Source: Prasinococcaceae sp. CCMP 1430 (Eukaryota; Plantae; Prasinodermophyta). Taken from it: DNA of 64,000 bases. The stretch is taken from positions 147,173 through 211,172 of the forward strand of contig RQSC01000031.1 of the NCBI GenBank assembly GCA_013416795.1, read 5' to 3'. Below, piece after piece: positions 1-9,503 of this stretch (position 1 is its first letter; every line of letters begins with the position of its first letter). The notes under the pieces were generated by a model that was not told where the DNA came from, did no database searches, and saw only the letters and a list, made by a program, of their open reading frames with translations. Both the position numbers and the translations under genes were made by a program.

Positions 1-116
1 GGGCGCCACAGCGGCGCGGAGCGGCGCGTGGGGCGTGGGTTGCGGGAGGGAGTGACCTGCCGCCGAAGAACCCCCCGCGGCCCGCTCCCGCGCGCCGCGC
101 GCCGGCGGTGGGACCG

Positions 117-1151
117 ATGGGGGCGTACTTCTCGCGGCTCTTTTCCGCGGCCGGCAGCAGCGGCCGCGGGAGCGGCAGCAGCAAGCGCTGGCACGCGTGC
201 CGCGCGCGGCGCGGCGAAGAGGACGCCGGGGAGGCGGTGCGTGGCCGAGCCGTGCTCGTCACCGGCTGCGACCCGGGCGGCATCGGCGCCACTCTCGTGG
301 GCGCGCTGGTGTCGGACTTCGACCTGGTGCTGGCGGCGTGCCTCACCGAGGAAGGGGTGGACGCGGCGACGGCAAGCGGCGCGGTGGGCTTCCGCATGGA
401 CATCACGAGCGACACAGACGTCGCCCTGGGCGCAGAACGTGTGCTTCGCGAGTGCGAACGCTTCGGCGCGCGCCTGTGCGCGCTGGTCAACAACGCTGGC
501 GTCATGGAGCTTGGCCTCCTCGACTGGCTGCCGCTCGACTCCCATCGCCGCGTGTTCGACGTGAACTACTTCGGCGCCGTGCGCGTGACGCAGGCGCTCC
601 TGCCCGCACTGAAGGCCTGCGGCGACGGCCGCGTCGTTTTCATCTCCTCCGTTGCGGCACACTTCGGATTTCCATGGTTTGGGGCGTACAGCGCCTCCAA
701 GGCTGCCCTCGAGCGCTACGCCGAGATGCTTCGTGTCGAACTCGCGCCGTGGGGGCTCCGTACTTGCTGCGTGCGCCCCGCCGGCGTGCGCACGAATATG
801 ACCGTCGGCCCTATTACGTCGAATGCGTTCAGAGACAGCTTCGCCCAATGCGCCTCGGACGAGCTCAAACGCGAGTACGGCGACGACTTTCCCCAGCGCA
901 GCTACGAGCACAATCCTGGTTTCGCAATGTTCGAACGCGATCTCATGGAGCCGCAAGCGCTGGTCGCGCCCGTGCGTGCGGCTCTGCTCGCGCCCGCTTC
1001 ACGTGCGCCCACCCTTCGTATTGTTGTACGCACGCTAGTGGACCGCTTCTTTACTGTGCTTATCGCGCATGGGCTCCTGCCTGGCCGCATGATTGAGGCG
1101 AGCTATGCAGACCTCATGTTCCACACGGAACTTCCCGCGTGTGCTGAGTGA
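117..1151 (+). CDS. Short-chain dehydrogenase/reductase (classical SDR, retinol/hydroxysteroid-dehydrogenase-like)
   Basis: TGCDPGGIG cofactor loop, NNAG, catalytic S...YSASK. First ATG at 117 (MGAYFS); the ORF-track start at 108 is GTG. Intronless. Confidence 0.9.
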   Translation: MGAYFSRLFSAAGSSGRGSGSSKRWHACRARRGEEDAGEAVRGRAVLVTGCDPGGIGATLVGALVSDFDLVLAACLTEEGVDAATASGAVGFRMDITSDTDVALGAERVLRECERFGARLCALVNNAGVMELGLLDWLPLDSHRRVFDVNYFGAVRVTQALLPALKACGDGRVVFISSVAAHFGFPWFGAYSASKAALERYAEMLRVELAPWGLRTCCVRPAGVRTNMTVGPITSNAFRDSFAQCASDELKREYGDDFPQRSYEHNPGFAMFERDLMEPQALVAPVRAALLAPASRAPTLRIVVRTLVDRFFTVLIAHGLLPGRMIEASYADLMFHTELPACAE

Positions 1152-1447
1152 ATCGATGGCGGGGCAGTCGTCTCAATCTGCAGGCGGCGGCGCAGAAGCA
1201 GTAAGAGAGGGCAGAGGGCGTGCTCACACGGCAGGAGGCTTCCTAGTAGCCGCCTGCTACCGCTCTAGGTCGCGTACAACGCGCGGCTCGATGCTTGCAC
1301 TCATAAAGAAAGGGTGGCACATCCTCGGGGCCGGCCGTCGCGGAACGCAAGTTCGCGCGATGTGCGCCGAGCCAGAGCTGCCAGCGGAGGCGGTACACAA
1401 TTCACAACGTTTACAAAAGTGACTGGCGCCCGCGCGCCGCGCGTCGA

Positions 1448-2913
1448 TCACGAGGCGTCGTACGGGTCGCTCACGGGCATCGCCGGCCGCAGAAATACGC
1501 CCACGCCGCGTGGCGCCCACACGCGCAGCTGGACGCGGCCGAAGCGGGATGCCCAGCCTTCGTCGACCGCCCCACCGGCCGTGAGCACCACCCACGCGCT
1601 CAGACCAGACACCGCCAGGTCGGCCGCGTGCGCCCGCCCGCCGGCGGGCACTTCGAGCTCCACCTCTCGCGCCACGTGCAGGCCGCCGCTCGCCTCGACG
1701 AGCGCAGCGCCCGGGCTGCCGGGAGCTGAGGGCGGCATCCACGCGGCCTCATCACCCTCGCCCTCCGCGGGCTCCGCCGCCACCGGGGTGCAAACCACGG
1801 AGAGGCTCAGCTGGCTCGGGCCGACGAAGCTCATCGCGAAGTCTGGCGGTGCCGACAGCACGTCGACGCGCGCGAGCGCGCCCCACGTCACGCTCAGCCC
1901 CTCGAGCGACGCGCCGAAGGTCGGGGCGTCCAGCGCGCCCGCGTACTCGTATGGCGGCGCCCGGGTGGTAGCGGCGGCGGCGGCCTGGAGGCGCGCCGCG
2001 CTGACGATGAGCGCGCGCATGCGCTTGCGCGGTGTCAACGCGGCCACGTCGTCGCCGTCGAGGAGTGTGTTGATGCGGTGCGAGAGCACCACGCCCGGCG
2101 TGTCGTAGAGCGCCGACTTTGGGGTGAATGCTTGCAGTTTGATGGCGCCGAGCGTTGTGCCCGGCATCGGCGAGGCCACGGGCAGCTTGCTGTCCTGCGC
2201 GAGAAAGTCGCCGCGGTCGCGCAGCGCGCCGAGCAGCGCGCGACAGAAGGTTGACTTGCCCACGTTGCTCGCGCCGACGATGTACACGTCGCGCCCGCTG
2301 CGCTCGCGCAGCGTGGCGCCCGCGACGCCGCTGACGCCGCTTTGGTCGCGATTGCGCGAGCGTGCGGCTACCGTGAAAGTCCCCGCCACTGTGAGCCGCT
2401 TGCGCTCGAGTTCGTCCTGCAGCCATTCGCGCACCGCCGCCTGCGAGGTCCCCTTGGGCAGCAGGTCGAACTTGGTGCCCACGGCTATCACCGGGTTGCG
2501 ACCGATGGCGTCGCGCACGCGCCCGAGCATGGTGCCCGACAGGTCGGTGAGGTCCAGCAGCAGCAGCACGAGCACGCGCTTGTCACGCAGCTGCTTGAGT
2601 TCCGCGACGAGCTCGTCCTGTGAGACGAGGCCGCGACCCCGCCGGTCGGCCAGGCCCTGGCCCTCGACAGCATTGACCATCGCGCCATGCGAGAGCTCGC
2701 AGCAGCGTGCGCACAGGAGCTGGTCGAGCTGGTGGTGTTTGCGGCGACGCTCGTACGTCTCGCGGTCGACGAAGCCCGGGGCGGACGGCTCGTCGAGCTG
2801 CACGCGCACGCCGCAGCCGTAGCATTGCGCCGAGCGGCGCTCGATGCCATCGCGCGTAGGGAGCGGCGCGCGGTCGCTCGAGCGCCGCGGCGCGCCTCCA
2901 AACCAGGCACACA
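1448..2913 (-). CDS. Circularly permuted GTPase, YqeH/NOA1(RIF1)/BPG2 family (5' exon(s) not resolved)
   Basis: CxxC...CxxC zinc finger (CYGCG...CARC), then G4 TKFD, G1 GASNVGKST, G2 PGTT, G3 DTPG in permuted order. Acceptor TGTGCAG ends at 2914; the N-terminus probably lies toward or in gap 3165-3871. Confidence 0.9.
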
Positions 2914-3164
2914 CTGCACAGATCCCTCTAATCCGAAATCAGCATATATATGGCGAGCCACGCGGAATCCATCCAAGAAGGAATCCATTTTACCCACACA
3001 CATGGAATCCTCATTTTGAACGATGGGATGCCTCCATGCGGGTTCCGCGCCGGCGATGGGGCGAGCAGGCGCGCACGAAAAAAAAAAAAAAACGGAGGTG
3101 GCCGCCGGGTCGCCAGCCGGGCAGCCGCCGGTGGCGGCAGCGCGCCCGCGCGCGCCACTCGTCG

Positions 3165-3871
3165 NNNNNNNNNNNNNNNNNNNNNNNNNNNNNNNNNNNN
3201 NNNNNNNNNNNNNNNNNNNNNNNNNNNNNNNNNNNNNNNNNNNNNNNNNNNNNNNNNNNNNNNNNNNNNNNNNNNNNNNNNNNNNNNNNNNNNNNNNNNN
3301 NNNNNNNNNNNNNNNNNNNNNNNNNNNNNNNNNNNNNNNNNNNNNNNNNNNNNNNNNNNNNNNNNNNNNNNNNNNNNNNNNNNNNNNNNNNNNNNNNNNN
3401 NNNNNNNNNNNNNNNNNNNNNNNNNNNNNNNNNNNNNNNNNNNNNNNNNNNNNNNNNNNNNNNNNNNNNNNNNNNNNNNNNNNNNNNNNNNNNNNNNNNN
3501 NNNNNNNNNNNNNNNNNNNNNNNNNNNNNNNNNNNNNNNNNNNNNNNNNNNNNNNNNNNNNNNNNNNNNNNNNNNNNNNNNNNNNNNNNNNNNNNNNNNN
3601 NNNNNNNNNNNNNNNNNNNNNNNNNNNNNNNNNNNNNNNNNNNNNNNNNNNNNNNNNNNNNNNNNNNNNNNNNNNNNNNNNNNNNNNNNNNNNNNNNNNN
3701 NNNNNNNNNNNNNNNNNNNNNNNNNNNNNNNNNNNNNNNNNNNNNNNNNNNNNNNNNNNNNNNNNNNNNNNNNNNNNNNNNNNNNNNNNNNNNNNNNNNN
3801 NNNNNNNNNNNNNNNNNNNNNNNNNNNNNNNNNNNNNNNNNNNNNNNNNNNNNNNNNNNNNNNNNNNNNNN
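3165..3871. other. Assembly gap (N-run); others at 6379-6632, 8217-8316, 13469-13997, 16272-16601, 34620-34801, 40575-41146
   Basis: N characters in the sequence, all flanked by extremely GC-rich gene 5' ends. Confidence 1.
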
Positions 3872-4044
3872 GCGCGCGCGCGGCGGCGCCGCCGCGCGAG
3901 CGCTCTCGCGCCACTCGGCGCCAGCGTCCCCTCGGCACCCCCGAGCCCCCCTCGAGCTCCCGAGGGCCGATCGCCGGCGCATCGCGACCGCCCGCCCCCT
4001 TCGCCCACACCGCTCGAGCCGCTTCCCTCTCCCCGGGAGCAGCT

Positions 4045-4618
4045 ATGGACAAGGTCGCGTGCTACCTCCTCGCAGCGGTCTCCCTCTTCCACGCGTACAC
4101 GCACCTCGCGGACCCGCTCGGCGCCGTCGAGCAGATGGTCGGCGCGTCGCCGCACAAGAGCGCGGCTGCGCTCGTGTCCCACTGCATCGCCATCATCGGG
4201 TGCTGCCACGCCTTCACAGGCACCGTGCTGCTCAGTGCGGCCAGCATGTCGGACGCCGCCCACCGCAAGTGCATCCTGGGTGCGCAGCGCAGCGCAGCCG
4301 CGTTGCGCTGCTGCGCAGCAGCGCAGCTGCGCTGTTCGCCCCCTCCCCAACGCGCAGGCGAATGCGTCGCAGCGCACGCGGAGCGCTGACGGCAGGATGC
4401 CGCCACCACCCGCGTTCCCTTTCTCTTTGCGCCAAACAGGCATCTTCGCCGTGCCTTTCACGCTACTCATCGGCCTCGTGCAGCTGTGGTACCCTGCAAC
4501 TGGCGTGGCGCCGACCGACTTCACGGCCATGCCCTTCCCGATCGTCTACGCCTACCTCGGCATTGCGGTGGCCGGCATCGCGCTCGCCGGCAAGAGCGCC
4601 AAGGGCAAGACCGCATGA
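4045..4618 (+). CDS. Small uncharacterised multi-pass membrane protein (about 137 aa)
   Basis: Exons 4045-4279 and 4440-4618 with a phase-1 GTGCGC...AAACAG intron that joins in frame (..KCILG IFAVPF..). About four hydrophobic segments; C-terminus KGKTA. Confidence 0.7.
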
Positions 4619-4875
4619 GCGCGCGCGCGAAAAGGCGCACCGGCGCCCGGCCCCGCGAGCGCGCGGCAACTACGCCTGAGGCCCACATCACGCCGAGCAT
4701 CGCTGGCCGCAAACACACGGCACTCATCGCCACTCTCGGGAAATGCACAAGTCCGTACCCACTGCCCACGAGAGCGCACGCAGTCGCGTCGCGCGTGTTC
4801 CGACGCGTCGCGGGTGCTCGCTTTGCCCTAATGCAACATTACACCGAGCACATGGTCAGACCTCGGCCAGAGTGA

Positions 4876-5226
4876 CAGCCGCGCGGGGCGCTCCGCCGAG
4901 CTGGACCGCCTCGACGCGCCACCCTGCCTTGCGCAGCGCGGCGGCGAAGGCTGGCTCGGCGGCCGCGGCGCGCGCGACGGCCTCGCCCACGGCCACGCGT
5001 CTGGAGGCGCGCGCCGGGCAGCGACGGCGACGGCGCTTGGGAGGTGTACGCCGAGGCCGACGGGCCGATGGAGCGCCACCGCGGCCCGGTGAGGGCGCTC
5101 GCGTTCGCGCCGCCCCGCGCCGACGCGGACGCCGACGCCGCGTGCGAGCTGCTGGCGTCGTGCGGCGAGGACGGCGCCGTCATCGTGAGCGAGCTCGGCG
5201 GGGGTGACGCCTCGCGTAATGAATGA
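4876..5226 (+). pseudogene. WD40-repeat C-terminal remnant without a recognisable start (pseudogene or mis-assembled fragment)
   Basis: RVWRR...WEVY...HRGPVRALAF...LLASCGEDGAVIVSEL* is one clear WD40 blade. The frame is open only from 4876 and contains no upstream ATG. Confidence 0.45.
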
Positions 5227-5400
5227 GCAATCGACCCGACCGGTCCAGCAGCAGCGCGAGCGCTCGCGCGGAGAGCGGCGTGCGCGGCGCTCGGGGCAGG
5301 GATTACAAGTTTGGTTGCGGGGGGCGCGGCAGGCAGGCGCGCCGCACCGCGCGGCAGCGGCCGCGCGCTGCGCCGCCCCCGTGCGGCGCCGGCGCTTCTC

Positions 5401-5933
5401 TCAGGGCTTGTGCGCCAGAGTGTAGGGGTCGAACCCCGCGGGCGGCGGATCCACGATGCGGGAGAAGGCCACGTAGTTGACCATGTCCGGCTTGTCCATG
5501 AACTTCTCCGCGAGGATTTCCGCGTCGGCCGGGCGCAGGTCCGGCGCGATGTGCGTCTGGAGCGCCTGCTTGAACTGCGACTTGGTGACGTGGTTGACCG
5601 ACATGGCCGAGTTCTGGTTCTTCGCTGCGTCGTCGAACTTGGGCTTGACGTCCAAGCACTTCTCCTTCACGAGGCGCTTGAGCTCGTCAATGACCACGGC
5701 GCACTTCTCCTCCTTCGCGGGGTCGAGCGCGATGTCGGGCATCGAGACGAAGCGCTTCGGGCTGAGGAAGCCCATGATGTCCGAGGGGGTCTGCGACACC
5801 TCCTCGAGGGGGCTCTTCTCGAGGTTGGGCTTGGTGAAGACGCTCTCGATGTCCTTCACGAAGTCCACGTAGCACACTCGCGGCTCGCCGTCTTTCGTGG
5901 TGGTCGCATACTCCTCCGTCAGGCTCTCGAGGT
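5401..5933 (-). CDS. EF-hand-like ciliary/axonemal-type protein, last exon (FAP115-like, tentative)
   Basis: Acceptor GGCACAG at 5934. Two degenerate EF-hand-type units (CYVDFVKDIESVFTKPNLEKSP; VTKSQFKQAL...VNYVAFSRIVD). Strong GC3 codon bias. Upstream exons are uncertain. Confidence 0.55.
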
Positions 5934-5944
5934 CTGTGCCGAGT

Positions 5945-6150
5945 TGGGTGGGTGGGTGGGTGTTGTGTGTGTGTGTGTGTGCGTGGGTGGGTGTGTGTGT
6001 GTGTGTGTGCGCGCGCGTGTTTCTGAAGGCGCTGTGGTGCCCAGCATGGGCGCTGCGATCTTATCCGCGCGCGCCGAGATTTCCGCGCGCTGCCAATGTG
6101 CGCATCTGTTTACGCACACACACACGCACACGCACACACACACGCACACG
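5945..6150. repeat. (GT)n / (CA)n degenerate microsatellite tracts
   Basis: GT/GGGT run at 5945-6020 and CA run at 6112-6150 are directly visible. Confidence 0.95.
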
Positions 6151-7061
6151 TCGGGGTCGCGCGCGCGGTGCGGGCCCGCGACACGCACAGGGACTCGCAC
6201 AAGCCTCGGTGCCAGACGCGCGCCCTCGCCCTGCTTCGCCCTCTGCCGCCCTATCGACAGCCCCGCCTTACGCCTCAGCTCCGCGCCCGCGATGGCCTTC
6301 TCGCTGCTCTCCTCGTCCGCCGCCTCCGTCGCGGCGGCGGCCAAGCCCTCCGCCGCGCCGCGCGCGCGCGCGGCCAGGNNNNNNNNNNNNNNNNNNNNNN
6401 NNNNNNNNNNNNNNNNNNNNNNNNNNNNNNNNNNNNNNNNNNNNNNNNNNNNNNNNNNNNNNNNNNNNNNNNNNNNNNNNNNNNNNNNNNNNNNNNNNNN
6501 NNNNNNNNNNNNNNNNNNNNNNNNNNNNNNNNNNNNNNNNNNNNNNNNNNNNNNNNNNNNNNNNNNNNNNNNNNNNNNNNNNNNNNNNNNNNNNNNNNNN
6601 NNNNNNNNNNNNNNNNNNNNNNNNNNNNNNNNGCGCCGCCGCGAGCGGCAGCGGACGCGGCGCAGCCCCACGCGCCCGCTGCGGTGGGGGCAACCTCCCT
6701 CCCCGCCATGGCGTCGACCGCGGGCGGGGAGCGCGCCGCCCTCCCTCCCCCCTCGCCCCTTCCCCCTCCTCCTCCGCCCCCGCTACCATCTCGAGCGGCC
6801 GCCGCCGCTCTGCCGGAAATATCCAATATGCGCGCAATGCGTGCGCGTTGGCGCGTTTTCTGCCGCGCGGCGGTGCGTCCCGATGGGGTCGCGGAAACCG
6901 CGGACCGCATTTCGTCCAAAGCGCGCGCGCGCGCCCGAAGCGGAACGCGAGAAGAAATGGACCCTACGTTCATTTTGCGAGGACGTACCGTAAACATGGC
7001 GCGCCGTGTGTACGCTGAGCCCTGCCTCGTGCACGGGCGCTACGCACGCGGCGATGCCACG

Positions 7062-7208
7062 CGCACACGCACGCACACACACACGCGCGCGCACACACAC
7101 AGCGACACACACACAGGTACACAGCGACACACACACAGGCACACACAGCGCCACACACGCACACACACACGCACACACGTACGCAGCGCCACACACACAC
7201 ACACACAC

Positions 7209-7258
<50 letters not shown>

Positions 7259-7815
7259 ACGCAGACAGGAGCGCGTGCACGCGCGCCGACGCAGCCGCTG
7301 CAACTGCAAATGTGCGAGTGTCTTGCGCACCCGCGCGCTCTATGCAATGTCTACGGTGTGGGATTGTCTTGCACGCACGCACGCGCGCGGGCGTGTGTGT
7401 GCGCACGTGTGTGTGTGTGTGAATGCGCGCGTGCGCGTGCGTGTACGCACGCGCGTGTCTGTCTGTGTGTGTGTGTGTGTGTGTGTGTGCATGCGTGTGC
7501 GTGCGCCTTGCTCAAAGAGCCCTGCCGGCGGCGACACCCGCGAGAAAACCCGCCGTGGCGCTCAGCGGCCCGCGCAGCCACAGCTCCGACGCCGCTGCCT
7601 CCGCGGCCAGCAGCGCCGCCTGTGCGAGAGTGCGGGCGTGTGCGTGTGCACGTGCGTGTGCGTGTGCGTGTGTGCGTATTTGTGTAAGCATGTGTGTGTG
7701 TGCGCGTGGTGTGTGTGTGCGCGCGTGTGTAAGCATGTGTGTGTGCGTGTGTGTGTGCGTGTGCGCACACATGTGTACGTGTGTGAGTGTGCGTGTGTGT
7801 GCGTGTGTGTGCACG
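7062..7815. repeat. Degenerate (CA)n block (7062-7260) and (TG)n blocks (7395-7502, 7635-7815)
   Basis: Long alternating purine-pyrimidine tracts are directly visible. Confidence 0.95.
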
Positions 7816-8216
7816 TGCGACATCGCGCATGCGCGCGCAAGCACACAGCACGTGCGCGCGGGCGCGCTGGCTGGCGCCTGCGCGCGCGCGCGATCCGAGC
7901 CCGCGCAAAGGCACGGGCGCGCGTTTGACGCCGCCCGCGAAATGCGGATGCGCGTAGGTCATTTTGAAAGGGAAATCTGCGGGGAACACGCGCGACAGAG
8001 CCGCCGGCGGCGGGAAAGCGCACGATGTGAGTGTGCCACAGAGCGCGCGACTGCCTGTGCACGGCGCGCCCCGCCTCCTCCCGCTCACTCTCACCGGGCG
8101 AGCGGCCGCGTTTGCCCTTGCCGACCCACGCCTCCCGCCCTCCGCGCGGCTGGGGTGGATGACGGCCGCGATGGCGGCCGCCGCGCTGGCGTCGCTCGGC
8201 GCGCGCTGCGCGCCGC
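7512..8216 (-). CDS. Hypothetical small protein, partial (hydrophobic C-terminal exon)
   Basis: Exon ends at 8095 (CCG|GTGAGA, phase 0). Terminal exon 7619-7512 follows acceptor CTCTCGCACAG and encodes AALLAAEAAASELWLRGPLSATAGFLAGVAAGRAL*. The 5' part runs into gap 8217-8316. Confidence 0.35.
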
Positions 8217-9503
8217 NNNNNNNNNNNNNNNNNNNNNNNNNNNNNNNNNNNNNNNNNNNNNNNNNNNNNNNNNNNNNNNNNNNNNNNNNNNNNNNNNNNN
8301 NNNNNNNNNNNNNNNNGGCCGCCCCCGCCGCGCCCAGCGGCGGGTACCGCGCGCGCAAGAGAGCGGCTCGAGGGCACCCCGGTGGGAGGTGCAGACCCGA
8401 AGCGCGGACGCCCCCGCCCGCGCGATCGCCGCGCTGCCCTTCCCCTCTCCCTCCTTGCCGCCGCCCGGCGCCCTCCGTGTGGCTCGCCAACGCTGGGTCG
8501 CTGCCGGCCGCCGCGGACGCGACGCACACACAGGCGCACACATTCAGCACACATTCAACCGCGGTTGAAATATGCATTTCCGTATTTTCCGACGTTTGAT
8601 CGAAATTTCGTGAGGGTAATCCGCGCTTTGTGACGTCGGTTGGCCTTTTCTGCCTTTCCGTGTCCGCGTGCGAGGAAAGGCGGTCGCGTTTTCGAGGTCG
8701 TCGCACATCCGGCGATTCGGCATCTTTTTTCCCCGCGCCTGCCGCCGCACAAAGCGCGCCCGGGGGAAGCGGGAAACGAGAGGGTTTCGCCGCGCCCGCG
8801 GGTCCGGCCGGGGGCCGCCCCGCCGGCGTTTCCCAATCGCGCGGCCCTTGACGGCGAGCGCGAATCGCGCCGAATTCCTTCGCAAGCACAGCCGCGCGGC
8901 GTCGAGCGTCGCCGCGGCGGCCATTGCTGCTGCGAGTGGTGTACAAGCCCACCCGAAACCCTCAACGCACACGCCGCCGTCGCGCGCGTGTGTGGCGCCC
9001 CGGGCACCGCGGCGCCGTGCGCGCTCCCGCACGGCACCCGGCCACCCTTGCACCCGCCCGCAGCCTCCATTCCCCTCCGACACCCCCTCCCCCGCTCCGC
9101 CTCTCCCCCTTCCCTTGCCCGGCACCCCACCGCCGCGCTCCCGCGCCGCCGCACCGCCACGCACCCCCGCCCGCGCCCTCACGGCGGCGCGCCACCTCAC
9201 TCCCGCGCGGGGCGCGCACATCCCGCGGTTTCCACATTCGTTTCGCGCCCCCGCGCCCGCCGCCCCCACAAAGCACGCCTCTCCATATTCGCATATTTCC
9301 CGGATTGGTGGGGCTGCGCGCGTTTTCTCCGTTTTCTCGGCGCGCTCCGGGGGCGGCTGGTCGGACTGCACACGCGAGCGCTGCAAAGTAGGGTCTCCTT
9401 CGTCGCATGGAATGACTCGTTTTGATATACGGAAGCGCGCGTACTCGAGGGACGTGGTTCAGGTTTTGATGCATACCGCATCTCGCGCCATCGGCGGCGG
9501 GGT

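Noticed and set aside
7006-7844. HT/VC-rich ORFs (THTHTH, VCVCVC)
   Set aside because: Translations of (CA)n/(TG)n microsatellites, not metal-binding proteins.
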